Below, piece after piece: positions 28,101 to 37,800 of a stretch of DNA of 64,000 nt (position 1 is its first letter; every line of letters begins with the position of its first letter). Origin of the DNA: Oscillospiraceae bacterium (GTDB lineage: Bacteria > Bacillota > Clostridia > Oscillospirales > Oscillospiraceae); assembly GCA_017509485.1 (NCBI GenBank), contig JAFWPP010000032.1:55961-119960 (forward strand), in the 5' to 3' direction. Under the pieces are notes generated by a model. It was given only the letters and a program-made list of their open reading frames with translations, was not told the DNA's origin and searched no databases. The position numbers and the translations under genes are program-made.

Positions 28101-28428
28101 TCGCCAGATAGTATGCAAAGAGGGAAAGGTAATTGGTCCCCATGCCCGTGGTCCAGGAGTGGAGCAGGGAGTTTCCGTTCTGCAGCCTGGTCCGCAGATC
28201 CAGATAAAAGGGATAATACTGGTGCCACTGGTCGTGGGCCAGGATCATCCTGCTGCCGAAGGGGATGACGCCGCAGCAGGCCCAGACCACGCCCATGATC
28301 AGCAGCGGCAGGAAAAAGGCGGTCAAATACAAATAGCGGGCCTTCCGCGGGCGGGAGAGAAAACCGCCCGCGGCATAGAATCCCCTCAGGGATTTCCGGG
28401 CCGCAGATTGGATCGTCATATCGGTCAC
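25147..28428 (-). CDS. YfhO family membrane glycosyltransferase-like protein with a Pro-rich C-terminal tail
   Basis: 1093-aa polytopic ORF. The N-terminal region (ILAHDQWHQYYPFYLDLRTRLQNGNSLLHSWTTGMGTNYLSLFAYYLASPLN) is YfhO-like. It lies 18 nt downstream of the GH2 gene. Confidence 0.85.
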   Translation of the reverse strand: MTDMTIQSAARKSLRGFYAAGGFLSRPRKARYLYLTAFFLPLLIMGVVWACCGVIPFGSRMILAHDQWHQYYPFYLDLRTRLQNGNSLLHSWTTGMGTNYLSLFAYYLASPLNLPAVLLPEGLVMPWYNLMVLVRLGLAGLFCAHFLRKTFGREELAVAVFSTAYAFCAFLMGYYWNAIWLDTVALLPLVTLGTFELMRERRYVLYVVSLAMSVYCSYYIGLFVCIFVLLLFLGWHVVNWDDLAGLWTRFWRIAVFTLVALGMTAFLTVPAYLGLQATSSAVNKFPNAYAMNIVKIPEMTHQAGIELIAKGKVADLYAFFGKQVPEFTGESVTYPSWIGAHEALLSLRLGYVGAFFSSFRVPLQGIRDVLSNAGTLTKPTTMEGLPNIFCGFFTLILATCYLFCKRIPRRERIFTVLLLLFFANSFLFRTLDYLWHGLHFPNMLPYRFSFLWSFTVIFMAFRAYTELDHLPKWRALALIVPVTLLLYCVIHSGEKLVVLTTTAVALLALAVLLLYAFRVIRKELLVLSLCFCMLCESLGCMALGVNKIGFTDSSYYPTKKENSKEIVEIMQQRESETVDLWRAEVAMKQTLNDGTLLGYNGVSVFSSAANSRVSAFLQSIGMAASVAGNRYVYQEADPFTNLLLGVKYLIDRNGRNLDTLYFRQVARKGEVLLLENKAYLSLGFLVNDNALEYDASQNSGIPFDRLNRLFREMTGIEEPLYSNVKISDVKAVGTAELSGKSSTGFQVKGVCNDDNYVEASFVMPADGTLCVYSKGSGTSDVTFFLNGERQYTWSDSYGYNRCMGAFSVGDKISLRYRAKKSDTTGSVTLGAALFRTGLFDQAYGQLSEGSMIPTEVTDTHVEGAVRVHEPSLLYLSIPADEGWRLTVDGEARRITPLGDAMIAVHLEPGLHAIALDYEAPGFALGLKISVISLAGFLAFLIVALLTRFSRPPIVKLPVKLADPRRGVDEPDPDAPPAAEPMPPPDAFTTMPRMDLTQSWDTGKSAAQQGEAPDRPPVPEPVRPPEQTLRESAPRPEPVGETAAREPLTTTGVFDPTTLSRAGEEGRGSSFDALKHLERLEQLLREEEDDPGSV

Positions 28429-28446
28429 CTCATTCAGGGATAGGGA

Positions 28447-30267
28447 TCAAGGATCGGAAAAAAGCTTTCTATGTATTATACCACAATCGTTCTGAAGTTT
28501 CAACTGTTTCCTATCGTATGTGGTCAGGCCGTTGGTCTCGTCCTCCACGTCGGAGAGCTGGGTGTAGACGGCGGCGCAGAGTCCCCGGGGCACGGCGGGC
28601 GTGATCTGCTCGTCAAAGAGGGCCTTCACCGCGGCCTGCCAGGCCTCCCGGGTCTCAAGCGTCTTATACCCGTAGGTCTGCGCCTGATTGAAGCTGTGGG
28701 CCGGGTCCTTCCAGACATAACCGCCAAACTCCGAGAGCACCACGGGCTTCCCCGTAGCCGCCGCGTTCCGGAAGCGCGGCAGGCGTCCGGGCATCCGGAA
28801 GCGGCCGAAATATACGTGTCGGCTGTCCACATCCGTTTTCCCGACCCGGAACCAGCCGGAGGCCGTGTCGATCACCCGGGTGGGATCCAGGGTCTTCAGG
28901 GTCTCGTAGGCCCGGGTGCTGTACTGCTGCCCCCAGCCCTCGTTGTAGATGGTCCAATAGACCACGGAAGGGTGGCTGTAAAGGCGGCGGACCGTCGCCT
29001 CCATGTGAAGACGGAACCAGTTCCAGCGGCTGCGGCTCCGGGTCCGGAACAGATGGGGGAAGCGCTGGAAGCCCACGGTGGGCAGCACCGTGTCCCGCAG
29101 ATAGCCGTAGGGGCCGCAGTTGATCATGTCCTGGAAAACGGCCACGCCCAGCCGGTCGCATTCGTAATAGAACAGCTCCGGCTCGATTTTGATGTGCTTG
29201 CGGACCATGTTGAAGCCCGCCCGCTTCGCCAGAAGCAGATCGTCGGCAAAGCAGGCCGGGTCCGCGGGGGTCCAGAGCCCGTCGGGCCAGTAGCCCTGGT
29301 CCAGCAGGCCGTTGAAAAAGTACGGCTTCCCGTTCAGCAGCAGCCGGGGGATCCCGTCCGCGAGGCCGGTCCCGATGGTCCGCAGGGCGAAATAAGACCG
29401 GACCCGGTCCTCCCCGCAGACCACGGTGAATTCATACAAATACGGGTCCTCCGGGGTCCAGAGCCGGGGGCTTTCGGGCCTCAGCACGGCCTTCCCGTCC
29501 TCGACGGGCCATTCCTTCCCCTCGAAGAGAATGCTTCCCTTCCGGACGGCCATACCCTCCGGGTGATTGTCCATATATTCCCAGGGGTCAAGCTCCGTCT
29601 CCTCCCGGCCGGGGAAGGCGAAGAGCTCTACCGTCACGTCTTCCAGAGACGGAGTGCAGCGGAGCTCCGTGATAAAGGTCTCGGGGACCCATTCCAGCCA
29701 GACCGTCTGCCAGATGCCGGAGACCGGGGTGTACCACATACCGCCCCGTTTGTCCCGCTGCTTGCCCCAGGGGTACTCCGTACCGCCTTCATCCGCGACG
29801 CACAGCACCAGCAGGTTCTCCCCGGAGCAGGGACTTTTCAGCTCCACGGTCAGCGGTCCCCAGAGCAGGGTCTCGGCGTTCCCGAGAGGCGTCCCGTTGA
29901 AGAGGATATGCGTGATGCGCTGGTCCGCCCCGCCGCAGTGGAGCAGCAGCCGCTTCCCCGCGGGGATCTCCTCCAGGAAGAAACGCTTTTGGTAGCAGAG
30001 AAAGGGCGTTTGTTTCCCATCGAAATCCCCGACGCCGGACAAAGCGCTCTCCGGCGGGAAGGGCACCAGGATCCGGCGGTCACAGGCCAGTTCCCAGCTG
30101 TCGTTGGCGCCAAAATCCCAATAACCGTTCAGATTGATCCAGCCCTCCCGGACCAGCCGGGGCCGGGGATAGACGTCCCAGGGCTTGAACGCCGGATTGG
30201 CGTTCAGCCGCTCCCGCAGCGCCTCGCCGCGCTCCGTCCAGAGCTGTACGGTGTTTGCTTCCTTCAC
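28447..30267 (-). CDS. Glycoside hydrolase family 2 protein
   Basis: GH2-like blocks (GFNMVRKHIKIEPELFYYECDRLGVAVFQDM, WTIYNEGWG). Start set at GTG 30267, 9 nt after GGAGG. The upstream 46 codons of the track ORF are translated repeat sequence. Confidence 0.85.
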   Translation of the reverse strand: MKEANTVQLWTERGEALRERLNANPAFKPWDVYPRPRLVREGWINLNGYWDFGANDSWELACDRRILVPFPPESALSGVGDFDGKQTPFLCYQKRFFLEEIPAGKRLLLHCGGADQRITHILFNGTPLGNAETLLWGPLTVELKSPCSGENLLVLCVADEGGTEYPWGKQRDKRGGMWYTPVSGIWQTVWLEWVPETFITELRCTPSLEDVTVELFAFPGREETELDPWEYMDNHPEGMAVRKGSILFEGKEWPVEDGKAVLRPESPRLWTPEDPYLYEFTVVCGEDRVRSYFALRTIGTGLADGIPRLLLNGKPYFFNGLLDQGYWPDGLWTPADPACFADDLLLAKRAGFNMVRKHIKIEPELFYYECDRLGVAVFQDMINCGPYGYLRDTVLPTVGFQRFPHLFRTRSRSRWNWFRLHMEATVRRLYSHPSVVYWTIYNEGWGQQYSTRAYETLKTLDPTRVIDTASGWFRVGKTDVDSRHVYFGRFRMPGRLPRFRNAAATGKPVVLSEFGGYVWKDPAHSFNQAQTYGYKTLETREAWQAAVKALFDEQITPAVPRGLCAAVYTQLSDVEDETNGLTTYDRKQLKLQNDCGIIHRKLFSDP

Positions 30268-30282
30268 TGTGCCCAACCTCCA

Positions 30283-30619
30283 GATTCGGATTTGTCGGGA
30301 TGCCTTCCCCTTGGGGGGGAAGGTGGCGCGAAGCGCCGGATGAGGGGAGGTATCGACGACAGAGCGCCCCCCATCAACGAGCATTGAACATGCAGCGCCC
30401 CTCATCCGTCATCCGGCTTCCGTGAGACGCCGGATGCCACCTTCCCCCGAGGGGGAAGGCTTTGCGGAGAGCAATCACCGTAGGGGCCGAACTCGAAGAG
30501 TCACGAATGTATGCCTACATCGGCCCTATCCCGTATCGGTGTGGGGGCCGATGTGGGCATCGGCCCCTACGGGCGTTTTCGCAACATCCCTACAAATCCC
30601 GATTTCTGCAGTTATCATA
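30283..30619. repeat. Compound palindromic repeat element, copy B
   Basis: REP arms at 30480-30526 (interrupted by a 21-nt insert at 30491-30511) and 30545-30570. The conserved module at 30303-30400 and the flanks match the reverse complement of copy A. An extra ~75-nt two-hairpin module lies at 30400-30475. Confidence 0.85.
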
Positions 30620-30656
30620 CACCTTAGACGTCGAAAAAACAAGCTCGTTCAAAAAA

Positions 30657-30690
30657 ACACGCGCCGTTTTGCGGCGCGTGAGGAAATCGC
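30657..30690 (-). terminator. Intrinsic terminator of the upstream membrane-protein gene
   Basis: Minus strand: CACGCGCCGC-aaaa-CGGCGCGTG followed by TTTTTTT. Confidence 0.6.
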
Positions 30691-30794
30691 ATCCCGTTCC
30701 CGGGTCTCTATCTCTGGCTTATAGGATGTGGAGAAAAGAACAAATTATTCTGTTTTCAAGTCGCGCCGCGAAAAACCATGCGCTTTTTCGTTTG

Positions 30795-31616
30795 TCATTC
30801 TGCGTTCTGTGTTTCAGCTTCCGCTTCCTGCTCCGGTTCGGCGGGAGCTTCTTCTGTCTGCACCCGTTCCCGCAGCAGCTCCAGGCCTGCGTCGGCGCAC
30901 CAAAGGGCGACGCCCAGCAGCAGCACCAGATCCGCCAGACTGTCCTGCAGGCGCAGGAAGTAATCCGGCACGGACATGCAGGCAAAAACGCCGGTGCTCA
31001 GCCCAAAGAGTACGGCGCTGCGGCGGTGTCCGGCCTCCAGAGGGAAGCCGCAGAGCAGCATCATCTCCACCATGGCGCAGGTCCAGGCCAGCAGCAGGGG
31101 TGTGATGTGGATCACCAGGGGATCGTGGCTCCAGACCCGGAAATAGAGGATCAGCAGAGCCCCGGTACAGAGGGCCGGCAGCAGCCGCAGCCAGAAGAAA
31201 TGGGGGCCCCGCTCCGCCGTGACGGCGGTGAACAGCATACAGAAGCCCGCGCCGATCCCGGCGAAGGCCGTCAGGCGCTGCGCCAGATCCGGGACCTTCT
31301 GCCCGTTCACAAGGGTCAGCGCGGCGCCCAGGATCACCAGGATCGCCGCGGCCATCTTGCAGCCTGTGCTGACCGGATGCTGGGTGAAGCAGCGTTCCGT
31401 CCCCGGCAGGCGGTTAAGCCGCAGCGAAAGCAGGCAAAGGACCGCGAAGACGCAGACGCAGAAAAAGACCGTCAAGGGCAGCACAGGGCTCCCCTGCGGA
31501 AGCAGGCCGTTCTCCTGAAAGGCGGTCTTCAATGTAACGATTCGCAGCGCGGTCAAGGCCGCCGCGCAAATCGGCGCCGCCCATCGCAGCGCACCGGCAG
31601 CTCGCGTATGCTTCAT
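30795..31616 (-). CDS. Hypothetical polytopic membrane protein with an acidic C-terminal tail
   Basis: Start at ATG 31616 (MKHTRAAGALRW). About 8 hydrophobic helices. No family recognised. Confidence 0.6.
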   Translation of the reverse strand: MKHTRAAGALRWAAPICAAALTALRIVTLKTAFQENGLLPQGSPVLPLTVFFCVCVFAVLCLLSLRLNRLPGTERCFTQHPVSTGCKMAAAILVILGAALTLVNGQKVPDLAQRLTAFAGIGAGFCMLFTAVTAERGPHFFWLRLLPALCTGALLILYFRVWSHDPLVIHITPLLLAWTCAMVEMMLLCGFPLEAGHRRSAVLFGLSTGVFACMSVPDYFLRLQDSLADLVLLLGVALWCADAGLELLRERVQTEEAPAEPEQEAEAETQNAE

Positions 31617-31683
31617 GTTCGATCCCTCTTTTGTTTTTTCTGTATTATAGCACCGACCCAAAGGGCTTGTCAATTCTCATTTC

Positions 31684-32199
31684 TCAGGGATCGTCCTCCG
31701 CCAGGACCAGGCTCAGGCCGTCGGTCCGCAGCAGTCCCTCCGCCCTGGCCAGGGCGGCGTTTTCCAGCAGACGAAAGCGGCCCAGCTCGGTTTCCCCCCG
31801 GTACAGGCTGTATTGCCCCGGGACCAGGGGCCCCAGCGCCGCGGCGCCTCCGGCGTCGGTTGAGATCTCCTCCAGGGGACAGCCCTCGGCGTCGCAGAGG
31901 AACAGTCGGCCCTTCACCGGCGCCTCCAGCCGCAGGGCCACGGAAAAGCGTCGGGGCGCCTCCTCCGCCATCACGGGGACTGCCGCCTCGTCCTCGCTGA
32001 AAAAGACCTCCTTTTCCGCCGCCCCCGTCCCCTCGGCGCGGGCCTCGGAGGCAAACGCGGCCCTGGCCTCAGGCGCTCCGCTCCCGCTCCCAGCGTCCCG
32101 ACGGACCGGCGGTCGGGTCTTTGCAAATACGGTGGCGCTCAGCACCAAGACGCCGAGCACCGCCCCGATCCAAGCCAGCCGTATGGATTCGTTTTTCAT
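31684..32199 (-). CDS. Hypothetical signal-anchored protein
   Basis: MKNESIRLAWIGAVLGVLVLSATVFA anchor. RBS AAAGGAGA. No family recognised. Confidence 0.6.
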   Translation of the reverse strand: MKNESIRLAWIGAVLGVLVLSATVFAKTRPPVRRDAGSGSGAPEARAAFASEARAEGTGAAEKEVFFSEDEAAVPVMAEEAPRRFSVALRLEAPVKGRLFLCDAEGCPLEEISTDAGGAAALGPLVPGQYSLYRGETELGRFRLLENAALARAEGLLRTDGLSLVLAEDDP

Positions 32200-32280
32200 A
32201 TTCTGTCTCCTTTCCGTTGTTGGCTCCAGTATAGCGCAGACAGGAGACGGATGCTGTCGATGCGTGGATACGCCCGGAAA

Positions 32281-32373
32281 AATTCGGATTTATCAAGTGA
32301 AAAGGCGCAAGGTTCCGGGGATCTGCTGTCTTCCGCCTTGAGCCTTGCACCTTGGCGCTGCAAATCCCGAATT
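32281..32373. repeat. Possible core-less relative of the palindromic elements (outer inverted repeats only)
   Basis: AATTCGGATTT (32281-32291) and AAATCCCGAATT (32362-32373) form the same outer inverted repeat seen around the REP doublets. No GTAG arms lie between them. Confidence 0.35.
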
Positions 32374-32376
32374 GCG

Positions 32377-32405
32377 TTGACTTTTTTGCAATTATTCTGT
32401 ATGAT
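32377..32405 (+). promoter_or_regulatory. Putative promoter of the YibE/F gene
   Basis: TTGACT, 17 nt, TATGAT. Confidence 0.6.
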
Positions 32406-32433
32406 TAAGAAAAAAGCAAGCGGAGGTGGCCCT

Positions 32434-33645
32434 ATGAAAAAAAGCACGACCGAAGCGTCAGCCCCGGAACGAAAAAGACGTCTGCCCGCCTGGCTGCCGC
32501 CGGCTCTGATTCTGCTGGTTTGCGGCGCGATCCTTCTGTATCTGTTCCTGAGCGCCCGGGAGGGCGAGATCTACAATCCCTCACGGCTGCAGAGCGAGTT
32601 CGTGACCGTGGAGCAGGCGGAGGTGCTCAACATCTCCTACGACAGCGTGGAGCCCGACCTCAATTCCCCCGACGGCGTGGAAAAGGGCAACCAGCGAGCC
32701 CTGGTCCGTTTGACTTCCGGCGTCTTCACGGGCACGACCCGGGAGCTCTACTACATGATCGGCTACTTCGTAGGACCGAAGCTGGCGGCGGGCGATCGGA
32801 TCACGGTGCTCCAGATCCGGGACGAGGACAGCGGCGAGCTGCAGACAATCAGCTACTTCCAATATGACCGGATTCCCGCTGTGCTGTTGGTGATGGGCCT
32901 TTTTGTCCTGGCGGTGCTGCTGGTGGGCGGCAGAACGGGTCTGAAATCCCTGCTGGGTCTGGCGGTGACCGTAGTGGCCCTGATCTGGATTTTCTGCCCC
33001 CTTTGGATGAAGGGCGCGGACCCGGTGTGGCTGGCCCTGGGACTCTGCGCTCTGGTAAGCGTCATGAGCTTCGTGATCCTGAGCGGCTGCTCCAGGAAGA
33101 CCCTCTGCGCCGTGCTGGCCACCCTGGCAGGCGTGGGCCTGGCGGCGCTCTTTGGCGCCCTGGCCCAGCGGATCTGCCGCGTCACCAGCTTTGGGCTCTA
33201 CGACGTAAACGGGGAGATCGCGGAGCTGGTGAACCTCCAGACCCGCGGCTATCCCGTCCGGGTCCACGGCATTCTCACCGCCGGGATCCTGATCGCCTCC
33301 CTGGGCGCGGTGATGGACGTGGCCATGAGCCTGTCCTCCGCCGCGGCGGAGCTGAAGCGGGTCAATCCGGAGATGCGCCGCGGCGCCCTCTGGCGCTCGG
33401 GCATGAACATCGGCCGGGATATGGTGGGCACCATGACCAATACCCTGATTCTGGCCTTCGTGGGCACCAGCCTGGTGACGGTGATTCGTCTTTGGGCCCA
33501 GGGCCCCACCTGGCGGATGCTCCTGTGCTCCACCTATTTCTCCGTGGAGCTGATCGCCGCCGTGTCCAGCTCCATCGGTGTGATCCTGGCGGTCCCCCTG
33601 ACGGCATTGATCGCCGCGGCGCTATACGGACGCGGAAAACAATAA
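32434..33645 (+). CDS. YibE/F family membrane protein
   Basis: Start at ATG 32434, 5 nt after GGAGGTG. An external N-terminal domain is followed by ~6 TM helices with YibE/F-like layout. Confidence 0.8.
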   Translation: MKKSTTEASAPERKRRLPAWLPPALILLVCGAILLYLFLSAREGEIYNPSRLQSEFVTVEQAEVLNISYDSVEPDLNSPDGVEKGNQRALVRLTSGVFTGTTRELYYMIGYFVGPKLAAGDRITVLQIRDEDSGELQTISYFQYDRIPAVLLVMGLFVLAVLLVGGRTGLKSLLGLAVTVVALIWIFCPLWMKGADPVWLALGLCALVSVMSFVILSGCSRKTLCAVLATLAGVGLAALFGALAQRICRVTSFGLYDVNGEIAELVNLQTRGYPVRVHGILTAGILIASLGAVMDVAMSLSSAAAELKRVNPEMRRGALWRSGMNIGRDMVGTMTNTLILAFVGTSLVTVIRLWAQGPTWRMLLCSTYFSVELIAAVSSSIGVILAVPLTALIAAALYGRGKQ

Positions 33646-33674
33646 GCGGTGTTCTTGCGCCGGTTCATGCAAAA

Positions 33675-33712
33675 GCAGAGCGGGAGTCCGGCTCCCGCTC
33701 TGCTTTATTGTT
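33675..33712 (+). terminator. Intrinsic terminator
   Basis: GCAGAGCGGGAG-tccg-GCTCCCGCTCTGC followed by TTTATTGTTT. Confidence 0.7.
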
Positions 33713-33868
33713 TGCTTGATTCCACATCGTCAGCAGGGCAAGCAGGAGGATTGGCGCAGGAAACCCTGTGCGGCAGGGATTCATCGTCGTTGTCCTCCCC
33801 GTTTTGTCTTGTTTACAGCGAAATTCCCATAAGCGGCTGGCATTTTCAAGAAAAAACGCAGTTTCTTC

Positions 33869-33897
33869 TTGTACTTTCTCCGCTTTTCTGTTATAAT
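33869..33897 (+). promoter_or_regulatory. Putative promoter of rlmB
   Basis: TTGTAC, 17 nt, TATAAT. Confidence 0.6.
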
Positions 33898-33919
33898 ATG
33901 TGGGATATTGTGAGAAAGT

Positions 33920-34747
33920 GTGTCTATCAGCATGAAAAACGAAAGCTTTGATCAAAAGAGAGGCAAATTCGGCACGGAGCGGCGCCCGGAGCGGCCCGAG
34001 GAGCTGGCGGAGGGCCTGATCGAGGGCCGCAACGCCCTGACGGAGGCCCTGAAGAGCGGCCGGACCATCGACAAGCTCTACGTGGCCGAGGGCAGCACCG
34101 ATCGCTCCCTGGCCCGTCTGGCGGCCCTGGCGAAGGAAGCGGGCGCCGTGGTGGTCCCCACCGACCGGCGGAAGCTGGACCAGATGAGCCCCACCGGGGC
34201 CCACCAGGGCGTCATCGCCGCCGTGGCCGCCCATGCGTACGCCTCCGTGGATGATATTCTGGCCCTGGCAGCCGAACGGGGCGAGGCCCCGCTGATCGTG
34301 ATCTGCGACGAGCTCTCCGATCCCCACAACCTGGGCGCCATCCTCCGCACCGCCGAGTGCGCCGGCGCCCACGGTCTCATCATCCCCAAGCGGCGCAGCG
34401 TGGGCCTGACAGCCGTGGTGTCCAAGACCTCCGCCGGAGCGTTGGAATATCTGCCCGTAGCCCGGGTCAGCAACATCGCCAACACCATCCGCGAGCTGAA
34501 GGAAAAGGGCGTCTGGGTCTACGGCACCGCCGCCGACGCCGACAGCGGCCTCTACCGCACGGACCTCACCGGTCCCGCTGCCATCGTCATCGGCAACGAG
34601 GGCGAGGGCATGAGCCGTCTGGTGCGGGAAAGCTGCGACGTGCTGGTGAGCATTCCTATGAAGGGGAGGATTTCCTCCCTCAACGCCTCAGCCGCCGCCG
34701 CGATCCTGCTCTACGAGGCCCTGCGCCAGCGGTCCTCCGGCCGCTGA
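33920..34747 (+). CDS. rlmB: TrmH-family 23S rRNA 2'-O-ribose methyltransferase (RlmB group)
   Basis: SpoU/TrmH blocks (LGAILRTAECAGAHGLI, IVIGNEGEGMS, IPMKGRISSLNASAAAAILLYE) and an N-terminal substrate-binding domain. Start is GTG 33920 or ATG 33932. Confidence 0.88.
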   Translation: MSISMKNESFDQKRGKFGTERRPERPEELAEGLIEGRNALTEALKSGRTIDKLYVAEGSTDRSLARLAALAKEAGAVVVPTDRRKLDQMSPTGAHQGVIAAVAAHAYASVDDILALAAERGEAPLIVICDELSDPHNLGAILRTAECAGAHGLIIPKRRSVGLTAVVSKTSAGALEYLPVARVSNIANTIRELKEKGVWVYGTAADADSGLYRTDLTGPAAIVIGNEGEGMSRLVRESCDVLVSIPMKGRISSLNASAAAAILLYEALRQRSSGR

Positions 34748-34833
34748 ACCCGCACGGCTCCGCCCGGAGCCGCCGCCCGCTCTGTCTTTGCGGACAGGAC
34801 GGGCAATGACAATCGTATGGAGTGCGTTTATCT

Positions 34834-37800
34834 ATGAAAAAGCGCAAGGAAAAACTCAATATCACGCAGCCGGAGACGCCGCGCCCCGTGCCGCAGCCCG
34901 ATCTGGAGCAGCAGTCCGCCGCGGACTTTGCGAAGCATCTGGCCGAGCTGTTCCGCACGGAGCTGGGCGAAGAGGAACTCTTCGCCCAGCCGCCCCGGAC
35001 GGAGCCGGAGCCTTCCGAGCCGGAGCGCTCCCCCGCCTCCGCCGTGTCGGAGCCCGCGGAAGGGCCTGCCGCCCAGGAGCCGGAGCCTCCCGTGGAGGAA
35101 CCGGAGCCTTTGACGGCGGAGCCGGAGTCTCCCCCGGAGGAACCGGAGCTGTTGATGACAGAGCCGGAATCTCCCGCTGCGGAGCCTGCGGCTCCGGCGG
35201 CCGTGGAGCCGGATCCCCGGTCGGAGACCAGGGTTTCCCGGCCGGAGCCCCTCACAAAGAGGCTCTCCGAGGAGCTGCTGCAGGAGCCGACAAAGACGGT
35301 GCTTCCGGCCTTTGATGACAAGCCCTTCATCCCGCCCCAGAAGGATCCCACCCTGGAGGAGCTCTTTGGGCCCATCGGGACGGAGGGCGCGTCGGAGGAC
35401 GGCGAACCGACGGACCGGAAGCTCAGAGAATCGCCGCCCCCGGAGACGGTGCGGGAAGCCGTCGAGACAGCCCCCAGGACAGAGCTCCCGACGGAACCGG
35501 AGCCCGATCCCGAGGCCGCCGAGGCAAAGGTGCCGGAGCATCGTCCGGCCCCGCCCTCCGGCCTGGGAAAGCTCCGCGGTCGGCTGCAGGGCCTCCTGGC
35601 GACGATCCGCCAGGCGACCGCGCCCGCGGAAGACGAGTCGGAGTGGGATGCGCCCGCGCCGGAGCCCGGACTTCCGACAGAGACGACGGAAGACTCCGGG
35701 CCGGAAACAGAGCTCCCCGCAGCGGAGCCCGCGCCCTCCCCGGAAAGCACGCCCAGCGAAACGGAAGCAATCCTTCTGCAGCTCCCCCCACAGGAGACGG
35801 AAGCGGCCGCGCCTGCCGCCCCTTCCGCGCTGAAGATCAAGCTGGAGGAAAGCGGCTTCGCGGCGGAGACCTCGGAACAAGCCGCTGCCGACCGAAAGCC
35901 CTTTGCTCTGACCCTTCAATATGAAGCCCCGGAGCCAGACGCGGAGGCCCGCCCGCAAGTCCTCGACGAACTGTTCCGGGAGGCCCTCTCCGAGCCCCCC
36001 ACGGACAGCCCCGTACCGGAAGAAGCCCCGGCGGCATCCTCCCTGGAGCTGCCGCCCGAGATGCGGGACGAGCTCGCCGCGGAACCCGCGGACCAGAGCT
36101 CCCACGCGCCGGAGCTCTGGGACCCTCACTCCCTGTTCAGTGCGCCGGAGGACGAGGGTCCCCCGCCGCTGACGCCCCTCTCCCGGGATACCACCGGCTC
36201 CCTGCCCTCTCTGGAGGATCTGTTCGGCGTCCTGCCGGAAGCTGAAGCGGAGCCGGAGCCGGAGCCAGAGCCCGAGCTGCGCGTCCGACCCAAGAAACAG
36301 CGCGGCTGGCTTCGGAGCCTGTGGAGCGGCGTTGCCGCCCGTCTGCGCTCCGTCCCGGAGGAGGACGGGGACGAGCCGCTCGAGGAGCCCGGCCCCGACC
36401 TCGCTGAAATCTCCGTGGAGCCCGAGGTCGCCGCCCTGCTCTCAGATTCCGAGCTTGCCGCGGCCTTCCCGGAGTCCGGGCCGATCGATTCGCATACAGA
36501 AACCGCCGCGGCAGAGGTCCCAGCGGAGCCTGCCGCCATCGAAGCACCCGCCGTGTCCGAGGCCGCGGACGCGGCCGCGGAGCCTGCCGCCATCGAAGCA
36601 CCCGCCGTATCCGAGGCCGCGGACGCGACCGCGGAGCCTGCCGCCACCGAAGCACCCGACGTATCCGAGGCCGCGGACGTGACCGCGGAGCCTGCCCCAC
36701 AGCCTGAGACAGCGGAGCCTGCCGCCGAAGAAACGGAAGACTGGGATCCCCTGGCCCTCTTTGGCGGGCAGGCGAAGGACGCGGAGCTTCCCACCTGGGA
36801 AGAATACGTCCGGGCCAGCAAGTCCGCCCAAGCGGGAGCGGAGCCGCCCGCGGCAGAGCCGGAAACAGACGCCCACGAGGCGCCCGCCGCAAAGCCGGAT
36901 GCGGCTGTCGCCGTACCGCCCGCCCCGGCATCTGGGAAGACTCCCGACAAGCCCTCCGCAGACGCCGCGGACGCGCCGCCCCAGGCCCATCCCCCCATTC
37001 AAAGCATGCAGGAGCTGGACGCGTATCTGGCCGAGCTGGGGATCCGCGTAGAACCGGAGACGCCCGCGCCCACGGCGGAGCTCCCTGCTTCAGAGATACA
37101 GACCGCCGCTCCGACGGACACGGCGGCGCAGACCGTCCCCATGGATCTCTCCTCGCCCGCGGCACAGCCCGCCGCCCCGCGGACCCGGGCCCGAAATGCC
37201 CAGGGCAAGGGCGAGGCCCTGACTTTGGAGGACTTCCTGGCTGCCGCGGTCCCCATGGAGGATGCAAAGCCTCCCCAGCAGAAGCCTCCCGTCAAGGAAC
37301 GGGAGCCGGGCCGGAAGAAGGCCCCCGCCGCGGAGACCATCTCCACCGTGCGGGAAAACCCCGACGGCCTGATCCTGGCCCGATCCGACCGCCCGGAGGC
37401 AAAGGGCGAAGCTGGACGGAACGCCAACGACGAGGCCCGCAAACGGGCCCGCGAGGCCGCCGCTCCCGTACCCTCCGCCGACGTTCGGCCCTCCCAGAGC
37501 CCCAAGCTCCGCCATCCGGCCCCGCAGCAGGAGCCGGAACCGATCCCAGAGGAGCCGGCGATCCTCCATCCGGAAGAAGCCTATCGGATCTACGCCAAGC
37601 CCCTGGACGCCGTCGGCTCTCATTTGATCCTCACAGGTCTGTTTACGCTTTTAAGCCTGTTCTTTACCCTGTATCTCTCCCAGCATTGGAGCTTCCTGCC
37701 GGAAATCTTCTCCGGCGGCACCACGGTCTATATCCTGCTGGCCCTGCTGATTGCCATGGTGCTGGTGAATCGGAAGCTCTACTTCCGCCAGTGGCGGAAC

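Noticed and set aside
34680-37505. Several 100-430-aa ORFs on both strands within the Pro/Glu-rich region (for example 34680..35840, 34828..36129, 36126..36998 and 36137..37267).
   Set aside because: They are artefacts of low-complexity GC-rich repeats. They overlap the single long sense ORF that continues into a structured membrane module, and none has an RBS.
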